Source: Sminthopsis crassicaudata (lineage: Eukaryota). From it: a stretch of 64,000 bases of DNA. The position numbers and the translations under genes are program-made. The stretch spans positions 647,444,558-647,508,557 of the forward strand of contig NC_133619.1 of assembly GCF_048593235.1 (NCBI RefSeq), given 5' to 3'. Shown here one piece after another: positions 12,049 through 24,590 of the stretch (the first letter of the stretch is position 1; every line of letters starts with the position of its first letter). A model generated the notes under the pieces. The model was not told where the DNA came from and ran no database searches. It saw only the letters and a list, made by a program, of their open reading frames with translations.

Positions 12049-12237
12049 CAGTGGTCCTCAAACTTGTTAAATAGGGGGCCAGTTCACTGTCCCTCAGACT
12101 GTTGGAGGGCCGGATTACAGTAAAAACAAAAACTCACCCTGTCTCCACCCCTCAGCCCATTTGCCATAACGAGGCAGGCCGTATAAACATCCTCAGCGGC
12201 CGCATCTGGCTGGTGGGCCGTAGTTTGAGAACCCTTG
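12049..12237. mobile_element. Non-autonomous hAT element, OposCharlie1 (OC1)-like MITE
   Basis: Imperfect 16-bp TIRs cagtggtcctcaaact / agtttgagaacccttg. 8-bp TSD ctacagtg/ctatagtg. Internal sequence resembles OC1 MITEs (recognised from memory). Confidence 0.8.
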
Positions 12238-14964
12238 CTATAGTGACTGTTTTTATGTCAATGTATTGAAGGTTCCCTTCCCTCCCCAATACTTTTAAGA
12301 AAACTCAGACTTACTTCCTGTTCTATCTCTAATAAGGGATTAGAAAATGTTGATTAACTACCTGACTAATGAAGCAGATAATTTTCTTTGGATTTGTGTA
12401 AGCAGCTTAGCTAAAGACTTCCATAAGACCTTTCTAACCCCAAGCCTAAATTCACAGTCTTTTTCTTTTTCTTTCCCAGTGCCCTCACCTGATTTTTGCA
12501 AGCCTTCCTATAAGCCCTAACTGGCCTATGCAAATTTTATGTAGTGTAGCTCAGGAGAGTGTTTCTTTGTCATCTATGGAAGTGTCTGTCACACAGATAC
12601 ATGTCTGTCACCTACTAATGGAGTGCATCACATTGTTGAGTAGATAAATAAAACATGGGAGACCTGTCTGTAGCTTGTTCTAGCTTAGTAGCTACCAAGG
12701 TCCTGGAAAATGCATGCAACACGGCATATCAAGAGTTACCTCATCACTTAACATCAGCAACTTTTATGGAGTTGTTAAAAAGCTTTATGAAAAGAGGTCC
12801 AGGTAATTTTGGTGGCGAGAATTTCAGTCAAGCAGACGGCCCAAAAAGAAAGGTGCTGCAAAAGGAGTTTGGGACCAGCCAATGGAGGCAAAACCCCATG
12901 GGTACCCCTCCCTTCTAGAGACTCTGCAGTCCTCCTGCTGTTGACTTCTGGACCTTGGGACTCAACCTCAGCCTTTCAAGCATCACTTCACTTTCCACTC
13001 AGGAGAACCTCCCCTTCCCTGACCAATGTATTGCATGAAAATCAAGGGAAACTGAGAGACAATTGATCAGTTTGTTAATTTGGCCAACAACAACTAATGA
13101 ATTGGGTTGGTGCTCTCTCTCAATGATCAAAGACCCCAAAAGCAGGGCTCACCATCTTCAATATAGTTTTGGGGAATACAGACATGGTTAAGGAAGACAA
13201 TATGATTGGTTACAGGGTAGACAAAGATTACACTGGTTATTTTTTTTTTTAAAGCAGGTAGCGTGCCCACATGGGACTAGTGACCACCCCTCTCGGACTA
13301 CTAAGGAACGTTAACTGTTTCATGGGAGCCCTCAGCATCTGGCGGACCTAACTGAGCTAGTCAGATTGTCAGATTAGGTAAAACGATAAGACACAAGGAC
13401 ATGGCCGATATTCCTTGTGGGAATAACAAGTTACCTTGGGTTTTAACTCAGGAAACATGCAGCAGTTATAAAATTAAGACAGCATAAAATCAGTTAAACC
13501 CATTTAGCAGAAACTCAAGGTCACACTAACTTTTGATACTTTCTCCACTGGTCTTGGCTTCCTTTGTTACAACAAACCTCCCCTCTTCCCTCTCCCTTTT
13601 GGTCTACAAAGACCAACTCCCCAGCCCAAGGCCCTTCTCTACCCAGTATTCTCCTAGAGAAGGCAGCAAAGGGTATGTGCAGGAGCCCAGGAAATGTATT
13701 TGTATTTGTGTCTCCTGGACGTTTGTATCTTCCTCTGCACCGGATTCCAGCCCAAGGAAACAGGTCATAAATGATTGTCATACAAAAAGAGAGGAGATCC
13801 AACCCCATTCTATATCCCCCACCACCTGAGTCCTCATTCCCATCTCTCCACCCTACCATCCCTAAATTTCATCCTAATCCCACCCAGCTCTCCCACTGAG
13901 AGTAGAGGTAGACAGACTGTGGGCCCCACGCTAAAATAATTGGCAAAGACAGGAGATATTGATTAATAAATAATTGGCAAAGACAGGAGATAAATAATTG
14001 GGAAAGGCAGCAGATAACAGGAAGAATGCGACTGGGTGAAAAATATGGCCTGAGCAACACTTCCAGGAGGAGAGGCTGCTGAGAAATGGAGGCAGGAGGG
14101 GAGTGCGAGGTGCGAACGGGCCTCAAGCTGGTGCTGGGAGAAGGGGGAGCTTCCTGTGGACCCAGAAGGCGCTAATGCCGAGGGACGCGTTCCCCCGCAT
14201 CCCACGGCTGCCTCGTGACCAGGCCGGTGGTGGCCACTTCTCCCACTGGTGCATTCTGAATGTCCTCGCTGGGGAAAGGCCCGGGCCAACAGCCCCTCAC
14301 TGGCCACTTCCTGGCCTTCCCCTTTGCGGCTGCTCTTCAAGTCTTCTCTAGCCCCCAACCCCCCCCCCCCCCCAAGCTGGGCTACTTCAGCTAGGAGACT
14401 ATTCCTTTGTGCTGGCAGCAGAAGCATCCCTGGGGCTGAGCACAGTGACTGGCACACAGCAAGCACTTACTAAATGCTCACAGACTGACTCTCCCATCTG
14501 CCCTCCCCCTAGAAGGCTGGTTCCCTTAGAAACTGGCAGAAATGTACAAAGTTTCCGTATTGCTCCAGGCCGGGGTCCCTAAGAGGAGGAGTCCCGATGA
14601 CGTCATGCAGAGGCCTCCCTCCCGCTCCCACACTCATAGGGGTTCTGGGGCCCTCCTCCCCCACCAGCCCAAGGTCTCCCTGACTCCATGCCGGCGCTGT
14701 GACAGCCCATGGCAGTACCCAGCCAGGCTGGGGGCAGGGAGGAGGGAAGGGGCTCCCAAGAAGTGTTATCACCCCCTCTCTGCCCACGCAGGGTGACTGG
14801 CCGAGCAGGAGAAGCAGCTGCTCTGAAATCCTTCCCCCCTCTCCCAGGAGCACGCAGGACCATCAGGGACCAAGGGGGAAGCCCATGCAAAACTGGGGGT
14901 TCAGCCCCGCTCCCCCAGACACCCTGCCCCCACCGGGAAACACCGATGCACAAGCACCCAACCG

Positions 14965-15605
14965 GCCCCCACAGCACACGCACCCACGCAGGTGCAATCA
15001 CCCCCTGGGACTCGGGTGCACTCACCAGCCCCTCCCCCACCACAGCACACGCACCCACGCAGGTGCAATCTCACACTGGGGCTTGGGCGCACTCACCAGC
15101 CCCTCCCCCACCACGGCACACGCACCCACGCAGGTGCAATCTCACACTGGGGCTCGGACGCACTCATCAGCCCCTCCCCCATCACGGTACACGCACCCAC
15201 GCAGGTGCAATCTCACACTGGGGCTCGGACGCACTCACCAGCCCCTCCCCCATCACGGCACACGCACCCACGCAGGTGCAATCACCCCCTGGACTCGGGC
15301 GCACTCACCAGCCCCTCCCCCATCACGGCACACGCACCCACGCAGGTGCAATCACCCCCTGGACTCGGGCGCACTCACCAGCCCTTCCCCCATCACGGCA
15401 CAGGCACCCACGCAGGTGCAATCTCACACTGGGGCTCGGGCGCACTCACCAGCCCCTCCCCCATCACGGCACATGCACCCACGCAGGTGCAATCTCACAC
15501 TGGGGCTCGGGCGCACTCACCAGCCCCTCCCCCATCACAGCACACGCACCCACGCAGGTGCAATCACAGTTTCTTGGGCACACTCACCAGCCCCTCCCCC
15601 ACCGG
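14965..15605 (-). repeat. Intron-1 minisatellite of gene A, 9 units of 70-71 bp
   Basis: cacccacgcaggtgcaatc recurs at 14981, 15052, 15123, 15194, 15265, 15335, 15405, 15476, 15547. Confidence 0.95.
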
Positions 15606-15940
15606 GGCACGCGCACTACGCACGTGCCATCACACATTTACATGCACGCGCTCTCCGGCCCACAGCCCCTCTCCGTCATATATACACCCATGCACCTACG
15701 CAGCGGCCCCAGACCCTCCTCTCTGGCACACGCTCGAACACACCCACGCACACGCATTCCCACACTGCAAGCTTTATGAAAGCTTGCCTGGACGCCCCCT
15801 CGCTCACTAACCCGAGCAGGGTCCGCGGGTGTCTTCGGGCTACCCGGGGAGTAAGGAGGAGGGGCTCCCCTGCGGCGCCGGGAGCCGGGCCGCGCCTGCG
15901 CACTGACTCCCTCCGCACGTCCTCCCCGCCCCCCACTCAC

Positions 15941-16100
15941 CCAGCGGGGCCCAAGAACAAAGGGCTAAACCAACCACTGGGAAGGGGCGGAGAAGTTGCG
16001 CCTGCGCATCTCGAGTTTCCCAGCATGCTCCGGGGTTCTGCAGCGGCCACAGGAGGAGGGGCGAGACCGGGGCGGGGAGTGACGTAATTCTCCACCCAGG
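15941..16100 (-). promoter_or_regulatory. CpG-island promoter and non-coding exon 1 of gene A
   Basis: Donor ctgg|gtgagt at 15941/15940. NRF1 motif TGCGCCTGCGCA at 15997-16008, GC boxes, TGACGTAA at ~16080. Inverted homology to 27180-27290. CpG-rich from ~15600 to 17400. Confidence 0.75.
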
Positions 16101-16214
16101 CCCGCAGTCGTAGGCGTCCTCCCCACTCCGTTTTCTGCTTCCGGTTCTGGGCTATCCTTTAGAGTTCACGCTCTAGGAGGGCAGGGCCTGTCCGGAGTCT
16201 GACCTCCAGCTATG

Positions 16215-16335
16215 TTCAGGCCAACTCCCGGCGCACGGAAGGCGCCTAATCAGTGCTTGGTGAGGGATCGATCCTCCACCACCGTGAGCCGTGGGGCAGT
16301 CCTCAGCCCATTCTTACAGGCAGGGAAACTGAGGC
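16215..16335 (+). mobile_element. MIR fragment
   Basis: cccattcttacaggcagggaaactgaggc core motif. Confidence 0.55.
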
Positions 16336-18574
16336 AGAGCTCAAAGTCCTCCGGGAAAGTGCTCCAACGCCTCTCTTCTTTGGGACGCAGGGAGGCCCCC
16401 GGGAGGTTGAAGCCCGCGGTGACAGGGCGCCTGCAGCCAGCGGGCTCTGAGAAGCGATCTGGGCCCGGACTCGGGCTGCGCGCCGTCCCTCAGGCTGCTT
16501 CTCCCCTCTCGGGCTCTGGCTGCCCCCTCCCCTAGGCTGGCCCGCACCCACCCCTACCTCCCGTTTGAGGCTCCTGACGTAACCAGCCCCTTTCCCAGGC
16601 CCCGGGACGCCGGGACGCTGCCCCTGCCTCCGGGCTTCCCGCCCTTAGTCTCACTTCCGGACGAGCTTTCCCGGACCCTAGAGCACCAGCAGATCAGCGC
16701 AGAGGGTTTGTTTCTGCGGCCATATCCATAGGGGTCCATCGTCCCAGAACTCGGAACTCACGAGCATCGGGAGACCCGCCGAAGGGTTTCGGAGACCCCC
16801 AGGACTCTCCGCGGGCTTCGAGAACCAGCGCTGAAGCGGACCCAGGATCACAGCTTGTCCCCCCCCTGGGGGGCGGTCCCGAAGGGCGGGCGCGGGTTTC
16901 CTCTGTTTCTCAGGCGGACAGTTTGTGTCACAGAACGAGCCTGGCCCGGGAGCCATTCTCGGTGCTCCTTCATGGGACCCGAGACCTGGCAAAGGAGAGG
17001 GGCTGAGAGCCCTGGGAGGGGCAGGAACGGGGCAGTGCCAGGGGGACGATTCCTGCCCTGCTGCCGGGTCCCCTCCCTCTGACCGAGGAAGCTTCCCTGC
17101 GCTCAGGCTGCTCAGCTCCGGGGGGACTGCACGCACCTGGCACGAGGGGCTCCGGCTGCCGGGGGCCATGGCTCTGCTTCCGGGCTGGGTACTCAGAGAG
17201 GGAGGACGGGCCTCTGCCCAGGCTGGATCGGAGCTGCCCACAATGAGAGAGAGAGTGCTCTCAGCGCAGGCAGTGGGGAGGGCCCGAGGAGGAGGACTCG
17301 CCTCCCCCCCAACTCTTCCCTTTGACCTCATGCCCCTGGCGCAGCCTCCTAGGAGCCAGAAGGGGCTTAGGGATCCAGGTGGACTGAGACCAGGCAGAGC
17401 CCCAGTGACCCCTGACCCCGCGCTCTCCTTCCCTCTGATACTCTGGTGGGATAGGAAGATGGGGCAGCTGCCCAACGGCAAAGCTGGAGATAGCACCCCA
17501 GGTCTTTGGGATGGGGGGAAAGCCTGGATGTGAAGCAGCCCCAGAAGCCACATCTGGAGGAAGGCCTGATCCTGCCACAGCTGGAGGATCAGGATGTTAG
17601 CCAGGAAAGAGGAGGCTCAATGGAAAGGATAGGGGAGTGAGGGGGTCTACCCTCAGAACTACCTGGTCTTGGCCTCCAAAGCAGCTTCCAGAAGAGAAGT
17701 CGGGGAAACGAGGGGGGGGGGGGAGTGACCAAAGGTCCTGCTGTGGCATTTTCTGATCTCTGGGAGGGGCCTCACCTGCCCTGACCTAGTGGCCCCACCC
17801 ACTTCTCCCAAGCCCTACTCCATTACTTGGAAAGCCTTGCTGCACAGGCCCCTTCCCCCCATCCCACCTCAGGCCTCCAGCCTCCACTACAGGGAAAGAA
17901 GCCCACCTGGGCCCCACTCCCCAGGCTGCTCCCCTCCCCCATCGGCCCAGCCATTCCCCAGAAGAAGCAGCCTTCTCCCCACCCTCCCACCACACTCTTC
18001 CTCACAGCATGTGGCCGCCCTCCAGTCCCCCCTCCCAAGGCCTTCACCCCTTCTTTGAGGAGACCAGATGTGCCCACTCTAAACTGTCCCCATTTCTGGG
18101 GCACTCTGGACTTGCCATTCCCTACCCCCACTCCTAAGGGGGCCTTTTCCCAGATCTTGTTGTTGAGGGAGGGCTGGGCAAGGGTCACCTCCAGAGCCAT
18201 CTGGGTTCAGTGGCCCAGTAGAGATCAGAACCACTTCGGATGGCCTGGGATGCCACGGGAGAGCTTGGCCTGAACTCAAGTACTCCTGGATTTGAGGATG
18301 GTTCTTTTTCTATCCTCCCAGCCTGGCTACCATAGTGCATCATGCAATAAAGGAAAGGTGCCAGAAGAGGGGGCCAGGAGCTCCCCAGATGAATAAAATC
18401 ACTGATCAGTCGTTGGTTTCCTTAACAGTTTTTCTCAAATTCTAGCTTTTCTTATTTTTATTTTTTATTATTAAAGTTTTTATTTTCAAAATATATGTAC
18501 TAGTACTGGCCTCCATGCTCTCGTTGTTGGAAAGAGCCACACCTATCAGAATTGATCATCATATTGTGAGGGTT

Positions 18575-19000
18575 GTAAACGATCCTTACCCAAAATGACT
18601 ACTTAGAGATGAGTCAAAGTAGAAAGCAGAAAGATTGTTTATTATTAAATTTTATGAGAATGAGCAGTCCAACCACAAGATAAGCTCACTGTAGGAGGGC
18701 TAAAGAAGTAGTAAAGATACACAGCTTTTATACAAGAGATTACATCACAAGTAAGAGAATTGAGAAGGGGAGGGAGAGGCATCTAATGGGTTGTTGCTAT
18801 CTGGAGAGATTGGAATGGAAGGTTTCTGTTGCAAATGATTACATCATAAGTTGGGGAACATTGAGAAATAGGTGCCCTCTCCCCTTAATTGAATGTTAGA
18901 CATGAGTGCCAATAGATCTTCAAAATTTAGATCACTAAGCTAACAGCATTCAATTAATAGTCTAAATATTGATAACATTGAATAGTGATAAATGTCATTT
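18575..19000 (-). mobile_element. Probable solo LTR
   Basis: Begins tgt; reverse-strand polyA-like (tttatt) and TATA-like (ttttata) signals in LTR order; no TSD confirmed. Confidence 0.45.
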
Positions 19001-19869
19001 CAGATCAAGTAAATATATCTAAAGGTTAGGTAAATATTGGCTAATACACCATACTTATGCAGATCACAGAGACATAGAAATAATGAATAATAAAAAAATG
19101 AATAAAAAGAATTTAAACATTCCTGTAAGTTCTCCACCTTATCTTTACATTCCCCATAATATAACCTTGCTGTTGTCATGTACCATGATCTCCTGATTCT
19201 GTTCATTTCACTTAGCATCTAACTTTTTTAAAAATCCTCTCTTTTTGGCTAATATGTAGACGTGTGGATAGTTGACAATTGCATCTTCGATTCTGATCAT
19301 TACCTCTCCTTGAGTCAAGATCACAAATTCAAGTTATTTAGAAGATACTCATTTTAAGTCAGAAAGAGCTAGCTCTTACCAAACATTAAAGGAGGGGGGT
19401 CCAGATGCCATCTTTTATCTGATCTGGAAGATGAAAGCCATTGTTTGATTAACTTTGACTCCTTGTTACAAATATTTCTGGGCCACTTAGTTTTTGATGT
19501 CATTTCATTGGTACATATAGCACCTAATGCCTGATTTTGCAGCCTGTATGGCTTTACCCAATGTGTTTGAAAATTTTTCTAGACACCAATAGAGAATATC
19601 TTGTTCCCCATCCTCCTGGACAGGGGGTGTACTTTGGCTGGGGAGGGGGACCCTTAGGGTATAGACTGGTCTAGTATGAGACAGAGCAGGATTTCATCTT
19701 GGTTCTTATTAGTTGAAATGGAGAGAAAAAGGAAAGTCTGGGGATGAAAAATGAAGCCAAAATAATGAGTAAACATTACATTATATAGATAAATATGTAT
19801 ATGTGCATAAATATACATATTTATACACACACACATTCATACATGTCTTTGAATACCTGATCCTTTTCA

Positions 19870-20040
19870 AAAATAAATCTTCCTGACTTCAGGTCTGGTT
19901 CTCTATTCACTGAGCCATCCAGCTGCCCTACCCACATTACCCCAACATAAGATTCTTAACAGCTATGTGACTCTAGGCAAATCATTTACTTGTTTGCCTT
20001 AGTTTTCTCAACTGTAAAATAGGAATAATAATACCTACTT
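19870..20040 (+). mobile_element. MIR-type SINE fragments
   Basis: tgtgactctaggcaaatcatttac...ctcaactgtaaaataggaataataatacctac. Confidence 0.6.
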
Positions 20041-20749
20041 CCTTCCTCTTAAAATTGTACTTATCTTTAAAGTTTATCTCAAATGACAACTCTCCCATGA
20101 GATTTATTCTGATCATCCAAATAGAACTGAGCCTTCTTGTGCCTCACATGGCATTTCATACAGCTAATACTCTCTTGAAATCTATAGATATAGATTATAC
20201 TGTTATTCCAGGAAGACAAGAATCATTTTAATTATCTTTGCTTTGTCCCCAAGTCTACTACAATGCTATATATATAGTAGATGCTTAACAAATGGTTGTT
20301 GATTGGATAGATGAACAGGAGCCTGATGCTTTAGCCAATCCAGACCATTTGCTATTCCCTTGAATATAAACTGGTTTCTTTTGCTTCAATGCGATGGCAA
20401 GAACATTCTCTCTGCACAAAATATTCTCCCTTCTCTTTCAAATTACACTATTAAAAATCCTATCTTTTCAAGATCTATCTGAATGGGCATCTCTTGCACT
20501 TTTCAAATTACTGAGTATAACTACACTACTATAAGATTGGCAAACTGGAAATTATCGGATACTTTGCTAGGATTTCAACGGCTCTTTTCCAAGTGCTATA
20601 TCATATAGCTCAGTGAACTAGGGACTCACTTTTAGATTACTATGCTCCTGTTGGGGGTGGTAGCCCCCTTTGATATTTCTTGTTTAATCTCCAACTTCCT
20701 TTGGGCTAGTTTCGGTTTTCAGCCCCCATTCTAATGATTCCTTTCTGGG

Positions 20750-21180
20750 GAGAGACTGAAGGAGATAACAATAGAGAATTTTGGTCTTATTTACAATAAT
20801 AAGAACATTCCTGTCTTATTTACAACAGAGAATTCTTGTATTATTGACAAATATCTCTGGAACCTCTTTGATAACATCTCTGTGCAAACATTGTTTTGAT
20901 GACTCTAGTCATCATGTATGTATATAAGGAAGGCTGAAAAATGAAATCTTTGCATTTGGTATATACCAGCCAAATGCCCATCAACTGGCGTCCCCCTTTT
21001 CAGGCAGTTTGGGTCTTCTTGAAGGCCAAATGCCTGTCTATCCCTTTACTATCAATAAAGACTTTGTTTCCATACAGCATTAAGTAGCAAATTCCTTTGC
21101 TGCTGAACCCCGCCCTTGGTTACTTTGGGGAAGGAAGGAGAGAGAGAAAAGGAACTGACCCATCTTGGTTTAGATCCTCA
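20750..21180 (+). mobile_element. Probable solo LTR
   Basis: TATA (gtatataagg ~20920), aataaa at ~21055, U5-like end in ca; boundaries approximate. Confidence 0.45.
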
Positions 21181-21449
21181 GTTTACTCCTCATCACTCCC
21201 TTTTATTACACAGAAATTGGTTCTTTGGAGAGACATTTAGCCTAAGGGATAGTTACCTTATTCTTCTACCATTGTATACTGGGGGGAAATTCTGATTTAT
21301 TTTTTTTTGGGGGGGGGAGGTGATTTTTTTTTTTTTGACCAATTTATTTTCTAAACTTCATGGCCCTTTGCTGTCTATTGCCCTTTCTTCTTGGCCCTGC
21401 CCCTTCCCTGGAAATTTGAATATTTCATATTAGAAATTTCCTGTTTTGA

Positions 21450-23790
21450 CCAATATGGAACTATGCCCAAAGGGCTATCAAATTGTGCATATCCTTTGAT
21501 CCAACAGTGTCTCTACTGAGTCTTTATTCCAAAGATATATTAAAGGAGGGAAAGGGACCCACATGTGCAAAAATGTTTGTAGCAGCCCTTTTTATAGCAG
21601 CGAGGAACCGGAAACTGAGTGGCTGCCCATCAGTAGGGAATTGGTTGAACAAGTTATGGTATATGAATGTTACAGAAAATTATTATTCTATAAGAAAATA
21701 TCAGCAGGATAATTTTAGAGGCCTGGAGAGACTTATATGAAATGATGCTGAGTAAAGTGAGCAGAACCAAAGGAACATTGTACTCAGCTATAAGATTATA
21801 TGGTGATTAATTCTTTTTTTTTTTAATTTTAATTTTATTTTATAATTATAACTTTTTTTTTTGACAGTACATGTGCATGGGTAATTTTTTACAACATTAT
21901 CCCTTGCACTTACTTCTGTTCAGATTTTTTCCCTTCCTTCCCCAACCCCCTCCCCCAGATGGCAGGCAGTCTTATACATGTTAAATATATTACAGTATAT
22001 TCTAGATACAATATATGTGTGTAGAACTGAATTTCTTGTTGCACAGGAAGAATTGGATTCAGAAGGTAAAAATAACAGTTTACACTCATTTCCCAGTGTT
22101 CCTTTTCTGGATGTAGCTGATTCTGTCCATCATTAATCAATTGGAATTGGATTAGCTCTTCTCTATATTGAAGATATCCACTTCCATCAGCATACATCCT
22201 CATACAGTATCATTGTTGAAGTGTATAATGATCCCCTAGTTCTACTCGTTTCACTCAGCATCAGTTGATATAAGTCTCTCCAAACCTCTCTGTATTTCTC
22301 CTGTTGGTCATTTCTTACAGAACAATAATATTCCATAACATTCATATACCATAATTTACCCAACCATTCTCCAATTGATGGACATCCATTCATCTTCCAG
22401 CTTCTAGCCACTATGAAAAGGGCTGCCACAAACATTTTGGCACATACAGGTCCCTTTCCCTTCTTTAGTAGTTCCTTGGGGTATAAGCCCAGTAGTAGTA
22501 TCGCTGGGTCAAAGGGTATGCACATTTTGATAACTATTTGGGCATAATTCCAGATTGCTCTCCAGAATGGTTGGATTCTTTCACAACTCCACCAACAATG
22601 CATCAGTGTCCCAGTTTTCCCACAGCCCCTCCAACATTCATCATTATTTGTTCCTGTCATCTTAGCCAATCTGACAGGTGTGTAATGATATCTCAGAGTT
22701 GTCTTAATTTGCATTTCTCTGATCAATAGTGATTTGGAACACTCTTTCATATGAGTGGAAATAGTTTTAATTTCATCATCTGAAAATTGTCTGTTCATAT
22801 CCTTTGACCATTTATCAATTGGAGAATGGCTTGATTTCTTATAAATTAAAGTCAATTCTCTGTATATTTTGGAGATGAGGCCTTTATCAGAACCTTTAAC
22901 TGTAAAAATGTTTTCCCAATTTTTTACTTCCCTTCTAATCTTGTTTGCATTAGTTTTGTTTGTGCAGAAACTTTTTAATTTGGTGTAATCAAAATTTTCT
23001 ATTTTGTGATCAATAATGGTCTCTAGTTCTCCATTGGACACAAACTCCTTCCTCCTCCACAAGTCTGAGAGGTAAACCATCCCATGTTCCTCCAATTTAT
23101 TTATGATTTCGTTCTTCATGCCTAAATCTTGGACCCATTTTGATCTTATCTTAGTACGTGGTGTTAAATGTGGGTCCATGCCTAGTTTCTGCCATACTAA
23201 TTTCCAGTTTTCCCAGCAGTTTTTGTCAAATAATGAATTCTTATCCCAAAATTTGGGATCTTTGGGTTTGTCAAACACTAGATTGCTATTTTTATTCACT
23301 ATCTTGCCCTGTGAACCTAACCTATGCCACTGATCAACTAGTCTATTTCTTAGCCAATACCAAATGGTTTTGGTGACTGTTGCTTTATAATACAGTTCTA
23401 GATCAGGTACAGCTAGACCTATAGTGATCAATTCTGATGGATGTGGTTCTTTTCAACAATGAGGTGATTCAGGACAGTTCCAATGGTCTTGTGATGGAGA
23501 GAGCCCTCTGCACCCAGAAAGAGTATAGATCACAACATAGTATTTTCATCTTTTTTGTTGTTGTTGTTTGCTTGCATTTTTTTCTTTCTTAATTTTTTTT
23601 TTTCTTTTTGATCTGATTTTTCTTGTGCAGCATGATACACATGGCCATCTAGGGGATGGGGTCGGAAGGGAGAGAGAAAAAAGTACAAGGTTTTGCAAGG
23701 GTGAAGTTGAAACTATCTATGAATATAATTTGAAAATAAAACAATGTGTATTAAAAATAAATGAAATTTAAAATGATAAATGTAAAAAAT
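21450..23790 (+). mobile_element. Older L1 3' end (ORF2 C-terminus and 3' UTR), split by a younger L1; pieces 21450-21813 and 23420-23790
   Basis: ORF 21483-21740 (CAKMFVAALF...WYMNV) is the ORF2 C-terminus; the 3' UTR resumes after 23420. Confidence 0.8.
21814..23419 (-). mobile_element. 5'-truncated L1 (1.6 kb) with an uninterrupted ORF2 C-terminal 414 aa
   Basis: ORF 22187-23431 includes CWRGCGKTGTLMHCWWSC. Poly-T tail at 21814. TSD tatrgtgatyaattc at 21799-21813 and 23420-23434. Confidence 0.95.
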
Positions 23791-23809
23791 AGAAAAAAAG
23801 CTATTTTTA

Positions 23810-23948
23810 NNNNNNNNNNNNNNNNNNNNNNNNNNNNNNNNNNNNNNNNNNNNNNNNNNNNNNNNNNNNNNNNNNNNNNNNNNNNNNNNNNNNNNNNNNN
23901 NNNNNNNNNNNNNNNNNNNNNNNNNNNNNNNNNNNNNNNNNNNNNNNN
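23810..23948. other. Assembly gap
   Basis: Run of N. Confidence 1.
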
Positions 23949-24249
23949 TTCCCTTTATGACTTTGATAGTATCAGTCCCCATCCCCATGTAAAGGAGCTC
24001 TTGAGCTGATTTTCCTTAAACAAAATAAATGTTATTCACTTGTGGGTATAAAACAAAACAAACCCTTGGAGGTGTTAATATTTCTGTTTTCTCCTCGGAC
24101 AGTTATCTTTATAACTTGCCCCAGATTTCCTCTTTCCCAGAAAGTCAATCTGTATCATTCTTCACTTTAGATATATTAATACAATACCCCTTTGGACTCA
24201 TTCATTGCAAGGCAATGAATAATCCACTAATGGACTTAATCAAGTAAGT

Positions 24250-24590
24250 CATTGTGGTGGCTAAATTGACTCTTTAACAGATCAGCTGTTGAACTGCACT
24301 GAGTAGGGTCTTACACCAGCCTTAATCACTAAGTGGGTGTGGCCTCAGTCACACTGAGACCCGTTGAAGCCCTTAGCTTCCAAAAGCCAAGGTGTCCCAC
24401 TGCATCCAGAACCATCTCCAGTCATCCCAAGCACTAATCTGGCCACTGGACCCAGATGGCTCTGGAGGGGAAAGTGAGGCAGGTCACCTTGCACAGTTCC
24501 TCCCTCACTTAAATCCAATTCACTTGCACTTCATGGAATCCTTTCCCTGACATCATGGTCCTCTTTTTAAGAGCACAAGACAAACAACAA
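24250..24590 (+). mobile_element. Marsupial interspersed repeat (SINE/RTE-related); second copy on - strand at ~48130-48360
   Basis: ccactggacccagatggctctggagggg...cttaaatccaattcacttgcac...acaaacaac, with an inverted related copy within the window. Confidence 0.6.

Noticed and set aside
14699-16087. 272-462-aa plus-strand ORFs
   Set aside because: Same artefact, from gene A's 70-71-bp VNTR and CpG island
16554-18279. Numerous 60-290-aa ORFs in GC-rich DNA (also 26205-27862)
   Set aside because: Expected in CpG islands; they overlap in all frames and contain no recognisable domain
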